Source: Candidatus Nitrosopumilus koreensis AR1
GTDB lineage: Archaea > Thermoproteota > Nitrososphaeria > Nitrososphaerales > Nitrosopumilaceae
NCBI RefSeq assembly: GCF_000299365.1
Contig: NC_018655.1
Location: forward strand, 930,001-962,000
Reading direction: 5' to 3'
Length of the DNA: 32,000 nt
The translations under genes and the position numbers were made by a program. Shown piece by piece: positions 1-8,536 of this stretch. Under the pieces are notes generated by a model. It was not told the origin of the DNA, made no database searches, and saw nothing but the letters and a program-made list of their open reading frames with translations. The first letter of the stretch is position 1. Each line of letters starts with the position of its first letter.

Positions 1-111
1 GTATTAATCGGAGGATATGCACTGCAAGCAAGGAAAATTCCAAAGTTTTTAGGAGATGTGATTCCAGATTGTGGTCTTGAAGAACTTCCAAAAATTTTAA
101 GAAGAAACTAA
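1..111 (+). CDS. 3' end of an unidentified CDS entering from upstream of the window (...VLIGGYALQARKIPKFLGDVIPDCGLEELPKILRRN*)
   Basis: Frame open from base 1 to TAA at 109-111; no start codon in the window; product not recognisable. Confidence 0.35.
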   Translation, partial: VLIGGYALQARKIPKFLGDVIPDCGLEELPKILRRN

Positions 112-271
112 CATTGCTTTTATTTAGAATCATAGTCACGAAGACTTGTTTATCACGATTTTATGGAAAAATTAGCACTAGATAAAATAATTATTTTGTT
201 TTAAATAATTTTGAACATCAATTTATTCATAGTATGTGTTTTGATATCAAAAAAAGTCGGAGGAGAAATTA

Positions 272-454
272 ATGGGTAGAACGTGTAGAGGTATTTGCGA
301 AATGCACAAAGCAGAACCTGCACCAAATAAAATCAGATATGAAATAGGTCAGAAAAGGTGCACGTTTTGTGGAATATTCTTAGCAATAAACGATCCAAGA
401 TGTATTTGTTGCAAAGCTGTATTGAGAACAAATCCAAGAAGTAAGAAAAGATGA
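272..454 (+). CDS. small Cys-rich (zinc-ribbon-like) basic protein, 60 aa
   Basis: ATG ORF preceded by GGAGGAG; Cys pairs CxxxC, CxxC and CxCC; Lys/Arg-rich tail. Abuts the stop of the convergent GTPase gene. Confidence 0.6.
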   Translation: MGRTCRGICEMHKAEPAPNKIRYEIGQKRCTFCGIFLAINDPRCICCKAVLRTNPRSKKR

Positions 455-1666
455 TTATTTTTTTGCAGCACTGACTAGAGACACAACATCTCTATCTCTT
501 AGTTGATAGTCAACAGGTAGTCTAAGATTATATCTCAAATCTTTGCCATAAAGCAATCCTTTTGTCAAGTCAGTATGAATCTCCTTTGCAAGATCATTAA
601 TTGTTGCCCCATCTTTAAGTAAAATCAAGTCAGGTAGAATCCGTCCTTTTTTATCAGCAAGTTTTGTTTCATCAGCAACGGGATATATTGAATTCATTTT
701 AAGCAGTTTGAAGACGGCAACATTGATTGCAAATTGAACACCTGTACGCATGTATTCGCCCATGATTCCCTTTTTGATAAAATTCAAAGCGTTGATTTGC
801 TTTTCATTTAATTCATCAGATTTTAGTATCTCAAATTGTTCAGAGCCAGGAGAATATTTTATCAATCCCTTTTGTTCAGCACGTCGAAGACTAAACTCAC
901 TATCACCACTTACAGGTATCACAATCGAGTCATTGTAACGTTCTCTCAGCCTAACAAAATTTTTGTCTGCCCCTTCAACATCTATTTTATTTGCAACAAT
1001 CAAAGTAGGTTTTGAAATTTTTCTCAGATAAGACGCAAATTTTTTACTATCAACCATGTCAAACTCATTAAAATTTTTTTCTTCAAGACCAGTTGCAACA
1101 AGAGATTCTTTCACATGAGATTTTTTTACACCTATCCCACGATAAAGATCAGTAACAGCATCAACGAATTCTGAACCAGAATTAATTAATTTTGAAATTT
1201 TTTCACGATTTCCTTCAAGAATTTTATGATACCACATGATTAATTCTTCTTCAATGTCCGCAAAATCAGAAATAGGATCGCCAGTACCAACCTCGGTAAT
1301 CTTTCCAGTAGAATCAACACCACCAGAAGCATCTACGACATGTAACAACGCATCAGATTGAGCGGCAATAGAAAGAAATTGATTTCCCAGTCCTTTTCCT
1401 TTCCATGCATCTTTGATTAATCCAGGAAGATCAATTAACTCAATTGGAATATATCTCCAGCCATCAACACATTTAGAATTATTTGGATTGTCTTGGATTT
1501 TAAATTCAGGATGAACACAAAGAGTAATTGCATTTGCCACACCAGATACAGGGGATTTTGTTGTAAATGGATATGATGAAATTTCTTCAGAAGACAATGT
1601 TGCAGAATTAAAGAAAGTTGTCTTACCAGTATTGGTTTTACCGATTAGTCCAAGTTTGATTGGCAT
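455..1666 (-). CDS. Obg-family (YchF/Ygr210-like) GTPase with C-terminal TGS-like domain
   Basis: P-loop GKTNTGKTT, G3 DLPGL, G4 NKID; C-terminal segment (LRDRDVVSLV) typical of a TGS domain. Confidence 0.85.
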   Translation of the reverse strand: MPIKLGLIGKTNTGKTTFFNSATLSSEEISSYPFTTKSPVSGVANAITLCVHPEFKIQDNPNNSKCVDGWRYIPIELIDLPGLIKDAWKGKGLGNQFLSIAAQSDALLHVVDASGGVDSTGKITEVGTGDPISDFADIEEELIMWYHKILEGNREKISKLINSGSEFVDAVTDLYRGIGVKKSHVKESLVATGLEEKNFNEFDMVDSKKFASYLRKISKPTLIVANKIDVEGADKNFVRLRERYNDSIVIPVSGDSEFSLRRAEQKGLIKYSPGSEQFEILKSDELNEKQINALNFIKKGIMGEYMRTGVQFAINVAVFKLLKMNSIYPVADETKLADKKGRILPDLILLKDGATINDLAKEIHTDLTKGLLYGKDLRYNLRLPVDYQLRDRDVVSLVSAAKK

Positions 1667-1700
1667 ACAATAATTTTCATTTGTGAATATTTATCTCTGC

Positions 1701-2066
1701 CTAGGAATGATCATTGTTTTTGTTTTTAATTTTTTCAAGGGTCTGAGTTAGTTCTTTAATTGCCCATTCAATATCAGATAAATCCTCATTAGAAAGAGAG
1801 TCCTTCCATTTTTCTAAAACACTAGTTGCAATTTCTGAACAATTATACAATAAATTCCAGTAAGGATGATGTTCTGCAGTAGTGTAGGATAATTCAGTTA
1901 CATCGATTAAACCGTTTTTTGCTCTTGCCAAAGAGGTAATTTTTTCTCCAAATATTTTGATAATATCATTTTCAAGATCTGTTTCAATTTTTAATGGAGT
2001 GTTTTTTGTTTCATATTTTTTTGCTAGGTCAAGCAAATCATGATAAAAATTCTCAAAATTTTCCAT
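1701..2066 (-). CDS. hypothetical acidic helical protein (start trimmed to internal Met, MENFENFYHD...)
   Basis: The ORF-track version (to 2129) overlaps the upstream CoA-binding gene by 62 nt. The ATG at 2064-2066 lies one nt after that gene's stop (2068-2070), the usual operon junction. Confidence 0.55.
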   Translation of the reverse strand: MENFENFYHDLLDLAKKYETKNTPLKIETDLENDIIKIFGEKITSLARAKNGLIDVTELSYTTAEHHPYWNLLYNCSEIATSVLEKWKDSLSNEDLSDIEWAIKELTQTLEKIKNKNNDHS

Positions 2067-2067
2067 A

Positions 2068-2487
2068 TTAACACAGTCTCTGATGCTCTGCCAACATACA
2101 TCTGTTAAAGACAACATCAATGCCGGCATCTCTAGCTAGTTTCTCAGCTTCTGGATTATGGATTCCTTCTTGAAGCCAAATCACTTTGGGTTTTTTCTTG
2201 ATTGCCTCTTGAACAAATGGCAAGACTTCCTCAGAAGGTCTAAAGATATCTACAATGTCAATGTCATCATCAATATCAGATACAGATTCATAACATTTTT
2301 TCCCCAAAATTTCATCAGCAGAGGGATTTACTGGAGTTATGGCAAATCCATTTTCAGACAAATATCTAGGCACGTAATGAGCTGCTTTTGAAGGATTTTT
2401 TGACATACCAACAACTACCACTTTTTTTAAAGACAAGATATCTTGTATCTGCTTGTCAGTATGGGTATCGTGTTCCATAGCAATCAT
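2068..2487 (-). CDS. CoA-binding domain protein (YccU/YneT-like)
   Basis: VVVVGMSKNPSKAAHYV...ITPVNP...VDIFRP...IWLQEG pattern characteristic of the single-domain CoA-binding family. Confidence 0.8.
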   Translation of the reverse strand: MIAMEHDTHTDKQIQDILSLKKVVVVGMSKNPSKAAHYVPRYLSENGFAITPVNPSADEILGKKCYESVSDIDDDIDIVDIFRPSEEVLPFVQEAIKKKPKVIWLQEGIHNPEAEKLARDAGIDVVFNRCMLAEHQRLC

Positions 2488-2558
2488 ACGATTAACATGG
2501 ATATAATTTTTGAAAAATCATGCAAAGAATTTTTTAGTAATAATAAGAAACACCCAAC

Positions 2559-3089
2559 ATGGAAGAAGAAGCAAAAGATGTCATTGTTTTAGGTGCAATC
2601 AGACGGGGAGACAAAAAATTTGATAAAATTCAGAGATCAACTCAAATTAAACCTGAAGAACTTAATTCCATTTTAGAGAAATTAGAAGAAAGAGGATTCA
2701 TAGTAGTAGATGAGAAAAAAGGATGGCTAGGAAAAAAAATTGAATTAAAAGTTACTGAAAAAGGTTCAAACGAACTTGATCAAAGATTACACGAAATTAA
2801 AGAAAAATGGAATCAAATGCAAGCACTGTACCAAAGTGGAGACAAGCAAAAATTGCAAGGACTCATGGATGACAATAGATCATTTTTTCCAATGATGATG
2901 TTTTTTGGAATTATGGATATGATGATGTTTAGTATGATGTTTAGTATGATTGGCGCCAGTATGGGAGATTATGTTCCAGCAGAAAGTATGCCAGATGGTG
3001 CAGATGGAGGCATGGATGACGGTGGAATGGATGGAGGCATGGATGGAGGCATGGATGACGGTGGATTTGATATTGATATTGGATTCTAG
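2559..3089 (+). CDS. winged-helix DNA-binding protein fused to a Met-rich hydrophobic segment and an acidic GGMD-repeat tail
   Basis: N-terminus resembles a wHTH (FDKIQRSTQIKPEELNSILEKLEERGFIVV). Then FFPMMMFFGIMDMMMFSMMFSMIGASM, then DGADGGMDDGGMDGGMDGGMDDGGFDIDIGF. Confidence 0.7.
   Translation: MEEEAKDVIVLGAIRRGDKKFDKIQRSTQIKPEELNSILEKLEERGFIVVDEKKGWLGKKIELKVTEKGSNELDQRLHEIKEKWNQMQALYQSGDKQKLQGLMDDNRSFFPMMMFFGIMDMMMFSMMFSMIGASMGDYVPAESMPDGADGGMDDGGMDGGMDGGMDDGGFDIDIGF
3003..3065 (+). repeat. in-frame short tandem repeat encoding the (D)GGMD units
   Basis: The 24-nt string gatggaggcatggatgacggtgga occurs at 3003-3026 and 3042-3065, with 12-nt ggaggcatggat units between. Confidence 0.75.
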
Positions 3090-3125
3090 TGCAAATTTTA
3101 TACTCGAAGCAAAAACCAACTACAA

Positions 3126-4133
3126 TTGATTTACAATTCATTTGATAATCCAGGATTAGTGAAAGTTCTTACATTTTTGCAAACTCACAATACAGAATAC
3201 CTATCAGGTCAAGATTTGAGTGATGTGTTACGAATTAGCAGAGTTGCAGTATGGAAACATATCAAAAAAATTCAAGAGTTAGGATATACAGTAGAATCAA
3301 AACAAAAACTAGGTTACAAATTAACAAAAAATTCAGATGCATTACTCCCATGGGAAATCACTTCAGGTTTGAAAACAAAGATCATAGGACAACAGGCATT
3401 TTATTTTGATTCAACTGATTCGACACAAAATCAAGCACTAAAGATGGCTGAAGAGCATAAAAGAAATGGTGCAATAATTGTTGCAGAGAAACAAACTGGA
3501 GGCAAAGGAAGATCTGGAAGGAAGTGGATATCGCCAAAAGGGGGGATTTGGTTTTCAGTTATTTTACATCCAAAATTCGACATCACCATAACAACACTAT
3601 TTCCCATAGCATCGGCATTAGCATTATCTCTAGCATTAGAAAAAACATGCAAAATTTCTCCAGAATTAAAATGGCCAAATGATTTAACAATTAAAGGGAA
3701 AAAATTAGCAGGAATGTTAGTAGATGCATCATTAGAATCAAACAAAATTGAAAGTTTAGTGTTAGGTGTAGGAATAAATTTTGATGTAGATGTTAAGCAA
3801 ATTGAAAAAAATCTTAAAGGTACACCAAATTTTTATGGTGTGGCTACACTTAACGAATACAAAACTAAAATCAGGCCAGTAGAACTAGTTCAAGCATTTT
3901 TAATAGAATTAGAAAAAATATACAAATTACTAAATACAAAACAAACAAAAAAAATCATTTCAGAATGGACAAAAAGATCATCAACAATTGGAAAGAATGT
4001 GAAACTAAATACAGTTGAAGGCGAAATTAAAGGAAAAGCAATTAGAATTGATGAAGATGGAGCGCTGGTTATATCCAATAACAAAAATACCAACAGAGTG
4101 ATTGCAGGAGATATTATTCACCTAGCAAAATGA
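3126..4133 (+). CDS. birA: bifunctional biotin-[acetyl-CoA-carboxylase] ligase / HTH repressor
   Basis: N-terminal HTH (LSGQDLSDVLRISRVAVWKHIKKIQELGY); biotin-protein-ligase motif GGKGRSGRKWISPKGGIWFSV; C-terminal SH3-like tail. TTG start, no upstream in-frame ATG. Confidence 0.85.
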   Translation: MIYNSFDNPGLVKVLTFLQTHNTEYLSGQDLSDVLRISRVAVWKHIKKIQELGYTVESKQKLGYKLTKNSDALLPWEITSGLKTKIIGQQAFYFDSTDSTQNQALKMAEEHKRNGAIIVAEKQTGGKGRSGRKWISPKGGIWFSVILHPKFDITITTLFPIASALALSLALEKTCKISPELKWPNDLTIKGKKLAGMLVDASLESNKIESLVLGVGINFDVDVKQIEKNLKGTPNFYGVATLNEYKTKIRPVELVQAFLIELEKIYKLLNTKQTKKIISEWTKRSSTIGKNVKLNTVEGEIKGKAIRIDEDGALVISNNKNTNRVIAGDIIHLAK

Positions 4134-4492
4134 TTATTTTTTGCAGTTTTTGGTTTTCTTTTAGTTGTAGATTTTCGTTTTGGTTTTGAAAGTAATGAAG
4201 ATTGTTCTTTAACAATTTCTTTAAGATCGTTTTGTATTTCAAATACTGTAGAAAGTAACTCCTCTAATGCAACAGAGTATTGCTCATATACAGAAAGCAA
4301 TTCATTTTGTTTGGCATTTGTCTTTTGAAGATATTCATTAGACCTTATGAGATTTGCAGTGTCAACTAATTCAGGAATGTCAGAGGGCGACCCACCTAAT
4401 TGGGCTAGATCTGCTTGTGCTTGTTGTATTTTTTTACGAAGATCATAGATAATGTTGCCCATCCCAATTTTTTCCAATATCAAAACACACAC
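4118..4492 (-). CDS. hypothetical coiled-coil protein with Lys/Arg-rich C-terminal tail
   Basis: ORF only. Helical heptad-like sequence, then SKPKRKSTTKRKPKTAKNN. More likely starts at MGNIIYDL (4462). Overlaps the birA 3' end by 16 nt. Confidence 0.5.
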   Translation of the reverse strand: MCVLILEKIGMGNIIYDLRKKIQQAQADLAQLGGSPSDIPELVDTANLIRSNEYLQKTNAKQNELLSVYEQYSVALEELLSTVFEIQNDLKEIVKEQSSLLSKPKRKSTTKRKPKTAKNNHFAR

Positions 4493-4622
4493 TCCAAATA
4501 AATTAAAGAGTTTCTAAGGTATAAAAAAACAGAAAAACAACATGCGTATAAATTAGTAGAAAATAGAAATAAACCACGAAACAATCACTTATCATGTTAA
4601 ATTATTTTAAAAAATTTCTTGC

Positions 4623-6032
4623 ATGTTATTTATCATAATACTTAGCACACAAAGCATCACAGGAAGTTCATTTGCTCAGACAAATGAAGACCCAGAAGTA
4701 ATGTTTAATGAGGCAACTGAGTTTTTTTCTAATGGAAATTACAATCAAGCTATAGCAATTTATGACGAGATATTAGAAATTGCACCAAACAACATCTCTA
4801 CGCTAAAGATGAAAGGGATAGCACATAGTAACATGGGAGACCACAAAAAATCTTTAGAACAATTTTTTATTATTTTACAACATAGACCAAATGACGTAAT
4901 AGCGTTAACTGGAATGGGTGTAGGATTTGGCAATTTAGGAGAATATCAAGAATCAATATCATATTTTGAAAAAGCCCTCAAAGAGAAACCAAATAGTATA
5001 GTGATTAAAAATTACAAAGAATTTGTTGACAAGGTAATTTCAAAATATCCATATACACCTACAGAAAAACCTGAAGGATTAGAAAAACAACCAATATCAT
5101 CCATACCAGATTGGGTAAAGCCAATAGCAAAATGGTGGTCTACAGATAGTATTGATGATTCAGAATTTGTTTCAGCATTACTATATATGATTAATAATAA
5201 AATAATCCAAATTCCACCAGTAGAAACTCAAAGTGTTTCTGAAGAAAAAATACCAGAATGGATAAAAAATAATGCAGGATGGTGGGCAGATAGTCAAATT
5301 GATGATGAGGCATTTATTCAAGGCATACAATACATGATAGAAAATGGACTAATTGTAATCAAAATTGAAGAGACATCACAGAAAACACAAGAAGAGTTAG
5401 ATCATGAATATTATTTATTTACAAAATATCTCAGAGATATTTCCAATAACATATCAAAGGAAAAAAGATACATAGAATATCCAAATCCCAGTCAAGATGT
5501 AATCAAAAAATTCCTCAGAGATTACGTAAAATGGAATTTTGAAGAAGAAGCTAAAAATGCATCAAGTAGCTTCCCAGATCCAACATATGAAATTGTTAAT
5601 GGAACATATATCATACATTACAAAGTTTTCATTAATGAACAGCCTACAGGGCTACCTTTGAATCACGTTAACACATTAAGCAATTCATTTGCATTTTGGG
5701 AAGAACAAGAATTATCAACAAATGATCAAAAAGCAAAAATGAAATTCGAAGTAACAGATTTGAAACATGAAGCAAATGTTTGGGTAACATGGGTAGTCCG
5801 AAATATAGGAGACGGTGTTTTAGGACATGCACATCTTGGAAAAGGAGTGGTAGAAGTTACGTTAGGCGATTATAATTGTGACGGGAGTTTTCAATTGTAT
5901 GACGTAAATAGTGTAGAGACAATCATGACTCATGAGCTTGGTCATTCTATAGGTTTGAAACATGTCCAAGATAAAACAAGTATAATGTATCCATCATTTA
6001 CGCCATCATATGCATATTGTCTACTTAGCTAA
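4623..6032 (+). CDS. secreted TPR-repeat protein with C-terminal metzincin (matrixin/M10-like) zinc protease domain
   Basis: N-terminal hydrophobic signal ending SFAQT; TPR repeats (aa ~25-125); two copies of a Trp-rich module; HELGHSIGLKH (HExxHxxGxxH) followed by the Met-turn SIMYP. Confidence 0.8.
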   Translation: MLFIIILSTQSITGSSFAQTNEDPEVMFNEATEFFSNGNYNQAIAIYDEILEIAPNNISTLKMKGIAHSNMGDHKKSLEQFFIILQHRPNDVIALTGMGVGFGNLGEYQESISYFEKALKEKPNSIVIKNYKEFVDKVISKYPYTPTEKPEGLEKQPISSIPDWVKPIAKWWSTDSIDDSEFVSALLYMINNKIIQIPPVETQSVSEEKIPEWIKNNAGWWADSQIDDEAFIQGIQYMIENGLIVIKIEETSQKTQEELDHEYYLFTKYLRDISNNISKEKRYIEYPNPSQDVIKKFLRDYVKWNFEEEAKNASSSFPDPTYEIVNGTYIIHYKVFINEQPTGLPLNHVNTLSNSFAFWEEQELSTNDQKAKMKFEVTDLKHEANVWVTWVVRNIGDGVLGHAHLGKGVVEVTLGDYNCDGSFQLYDVNSVETIMTHELGHSIGLKHVQDKTSIMYPSFTPSYAYCLLS

Positions 6033-6149
6033 ATTTCTAAAATTTGTCAAGGTTAATGAAAAAATATCAATTAGCTTAACCTACACACAAATAACCGGTA
6101 GAAATTAGGTAAAATGGATAATAAGGCAATTATGTAAATTTCACATATT

Positions 6150-7061
6150 ATGCTTAGAAATACAATGATTACAGGTTCAAAATGTCCAGCCTGCGGCGAT
6201 AAAAAAATGATCACCGATGAAAATACAGGGGAATTGTTTTGTGGAAAGTGTGGATTTGTTGTTTCAGATAAGATTGCAGATACAGGTGCAGAGTGGCGTT
6301 CTTTTTCAAATGATGAAGGTAACAAAGCAAGAACAGGTGCAGGAACTTCCCTTACAATGCATGATATGGGGCTATCAACGGTAATAGGAGCTGCAAACAA
6401 AGACTCTACAGGAAAACCATTATCTGCAAGTGTAAAAAGTTCGATTGAAAGGCTAAGAACATGGGACAGTAGAAGTCAAGCTCATTCATCAGCAGACAGG
6501 AATCTAAGACAGGCACTAAATGAGATGGACAAACTAAAAGACAAATTAGCATTAACAGATGCAGTTATTGAAAAAGCAGCCTACATTTACAGAAAGGCAA
6601 TGGAGAAAAAACTTGTCAGAGGACGTTCAATTCAAGGATTAGTAGCAGCATGCCTTTATGCATCATGTAGAAATACTGAAACCCCAAGAACGCTGGATGA
6701 CGTAGCAAAAGGAATCAACATTAGAAGAAAAGATGTTGCAAGATGTTATAGATTGATTTTTAGAGAATTGGAATTAAAAATGCCAGTAGTTGATCCTGTT
6801 AAAGGAGTATCTAGAATTGCAAGTATCGCAGAGCTAAGTGAGAAAAGTAAACGTAAAGCAATTGCCATTTTAAATGAAGCAAAAAAGATGGGAGTAGTTG
6901 CAGGCAAAGATCCAATGGGGATAGCAGCTGCTGCATTATATCTTGCATGTATTAGTACTGGAGAAGTAAAATCACAAAAAGACATATCCATAGCATCAGG
7001 AGTAACAGAAGTTACAATCAGAAACAGATGTGCAGGATTGAGAAAAATGATTAACAATTAA
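6150..7061 (+). CDS. tfb: transcription initiation factor IIB (TFB)
   Basis: N-terminal Zn ribbon CPACG...CGKCG, B-linker, and two cyclin-like repeats (RGRSIQGLVAACLYASCR / AGKDPMGIAAAALYLAC). Confidence 0.9.
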   Translation: MLRNTMITGSKCPACGDKKMITDENTGELFCGKCGFVVSDKIADTGAEWRSFSNDEGNKARTGAGTSLTMHDMGLSTVIGAANKDSTGKPLSASVKSSIERLRTWDSRSQAHSSADRNLRQALNEMDKLKDKLALTDAVIEKAAYIYRKAMEKKLVRGRSIQGLVAACLYASCRNTETPRTLDDVAKGINIRRKDVARCYRLIFRELELKMPVVDPVKGVSRIASIAELSEKSKRKAIAILNEAKKMGVVAGKDPMGIAAAALYLACISTGEVKSQKDISIASGVTEVTIRNRCAGLRKMINN

Positions 7062-7066
7062 GAAAA

Positions 7067-7474
7067 TCATTTCTGAGATCTTTCAAATTCTAATTTATCC
7101 CAAGGAAACACAACATATGCATCATTGTTAGTTTTTTTAGCATAAACTAATTGTGTAGGATATTTTTTTCCACGCCTTGCAAACAGTGTCACATAAACAA
7201 ATTTTGAAGGAACATCTACTTTTTTGATTAAGTCATCAAATGTATTTCCCGTGTCAAAGATATCATCAACAAACAAGGAATTAGAAGATATCCTCTTTTT
7301 GTCAACATGTATTTTTTTGATTCCCAACTGGTCTGCAATTAAACGCGCAGGAACAAGACCGCCTCTGCTTAGAGTAGTAATACTTGGAAAAGACCGAGGC
7401 AATTTCAAAATTTTTTTAGAGACGTTTTTTACAAGATATTCAATTTCACTCCAATCTACTTCTTGATACAACAT
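7067..7474 (-). CDS. type I phosphoribosyltransferase (purine/xanthine-guanine PRT-like)
   Basis: PRPP-binding motif LFVDDIFDTGNTF; size (135 aa) and the RGGLVPARLIA loop fit small purine PRTs. Confidence 0.75.
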   Translation of the reverse strand: MLYQEVDWSEIEYLVKNVSKKILKLPRSFPSITTLSRGGLVPARLIADQLGIKKIHVDKKRISSNSLFVDDIFDTGNTFDDLIKKVDVPSKFVYVTLFARRGKKYPTQLVYAKKTNNDAYVVFPWDKLEFERSQK

Positions 7475-7510
7475 AAAAAATCTAGAATGAGTAGAATTAA
7501 GTCGTTATGA

Positions 7511-7903
7511 TCAAAATGTCTTCATAGGGGTTTTTTTAAGTGGTTCAATAATTTTTAAAATTTTAAATGGAATTTTTCCAAAATCAGTCTCTTTTTCACA
7601 AGACACTAACAATACATCATCATTAGATAATGGAAAACTCATAACGATTACTTTATCACGATAAGACATTGAGAAGTGAACCTCTCCAAATTCTTTATCA
7701 AACTCGTGTCTCATCCTAACACGTAATGCTAATTCCATAAACATCATTTCGTCTTGTTTCTGAGCCTCAAGTGAAAGCAACCCCTTTTTCATTCCACCAG
7801 CCATAAGATGTCCTCTACTATTGATGAATCTAGCTGAACGCATTTTAGAATCTAATTTTGTTATTTTTTGGCAGATTTTCTCTAGTTCTTCAATGTTTTC
7901 CAT
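7511..7903 (-). CDS. small Roadblock/LC7-like protein, paralog of 12381..12779
   Basis: Shares RF..(x)G.L..GG.K.GL...R.E.D...G......RDK....SFP.....LL.S.E with the second copy. The alternation of elements suggests a Roadblock-type fold (inference only). Confidence 0.6.
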   Translation of the reverse strand: MENIEELEKICQKITKLDSKMRSARFINSRGHLMAGGMKKGLLSLEAQKQDEMMFMELALRVRMRHEFDKEFGEVHFSMSYRDKVIVMSFPLSNDDVLLVSCEKETDFGKIPFKILKIIEPLKKTPMKTF

Positions 7904-7956
7904 TTGTCTAATTATGCAAACGAACTATTTATTGCGATCTGTTTCAATAGATCACT

Positions 7957-8536
7957 ATGCAATCAGAGTCCACAAAAGACATTACAGATTACTACAAACA
8001 TCTTTCGCTTTTCTGGACAGATATTGTACATTTAATGTCAAGTAAACCACAAGCATTGGCATCAATTGGGCCAATGAGAGCATTCGCGGCAAATTCTAAG
8101 AAAATATCAACTGAATTAATTGAGATTAATGAAGACCTGATGGAATTTAACAAACATTTGACAGAATATTACAAACAACTGGCAGATACTTGGACAGAGG
8201 CACAAAAAAAAAGTCAATCTCAAAGCGCCAGAAATTCCTCAAGATGTAGAGCATATGGAAGCAGTCAAAAGAATTTGGATAGATATTTTCGATAATGATT
8301 TTACAGAATTATTTGATTCAGGTAAATTTGGAGATAATTATGGAAAACTAGTTTCAAAGGAATTAGAGTTGACAAAACATTGGAACAATATTACAAATGT
8401 AATATTACAATCAGTAAATCTTCCAAGTAAAGAAGAGATAGATGAAGTTTACAAAGAGATACATTCCCTCAAGAAGAGAGTTGCAAAATTAGAATTAGAG
8501 TTAAAGAAAAAGGAGATGAAAAACAATGCAAAGTGA
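7957..8536 (+). pseudogene. phaE: PHA synthase subunit PhaE (class III), interrupted by a frameshift in an A9 run at 8204-8212
   Basis: ORFs 7957..8295 and 8255..8536 join into one ~192-aa reading (...TWTEAQKK|VNLKAPEIPQDVEHMEAVKRIW...) if one A is removed. It overlaps the phaC start by 11 nt. Confidence 0.65.

Noticed and set aside
2067-2129. N-terminal 21-aa extension of ORF 1701..2129.
   Set aside because: It overlaps the 3' end of the CoA-binding gene by 62 nt. An internal ATG at 2064-2066 gives a standard stop/start junction.
2880-3141. Two His/Cys-rich minus-strand ORFs (79 and 66 aa) that superficially look metal-binding.
   Set aside because: They are the antisense reading of the GGMD/Met-rich repeat DNA. 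Their repeats simply mirror the sense-strand repeat.
6071-6400. Antisense or overlapping ORFs opposite well-supported genes: this one opposite tfb, plus 750..938, 2158..2391, 3431..3745, 3890..4093, 6746..7057, 7224..7466, 7821..8045, 9403..9588, 10181..10495, 11425..11757, 13115..13357, 14269..14499, 21187..21480, 22212..22433, 23499..23687, 23905..24096, 24609..24851, 24979..25212, 26213..26422, 26482..26700, 27294..27548, 29245..29478, 29523..29762 and 31606..31818.
   Set aside because: Each is fully or largely nested in a longer ORF that has recognisable motifs or better composition. None has a motif of its own.
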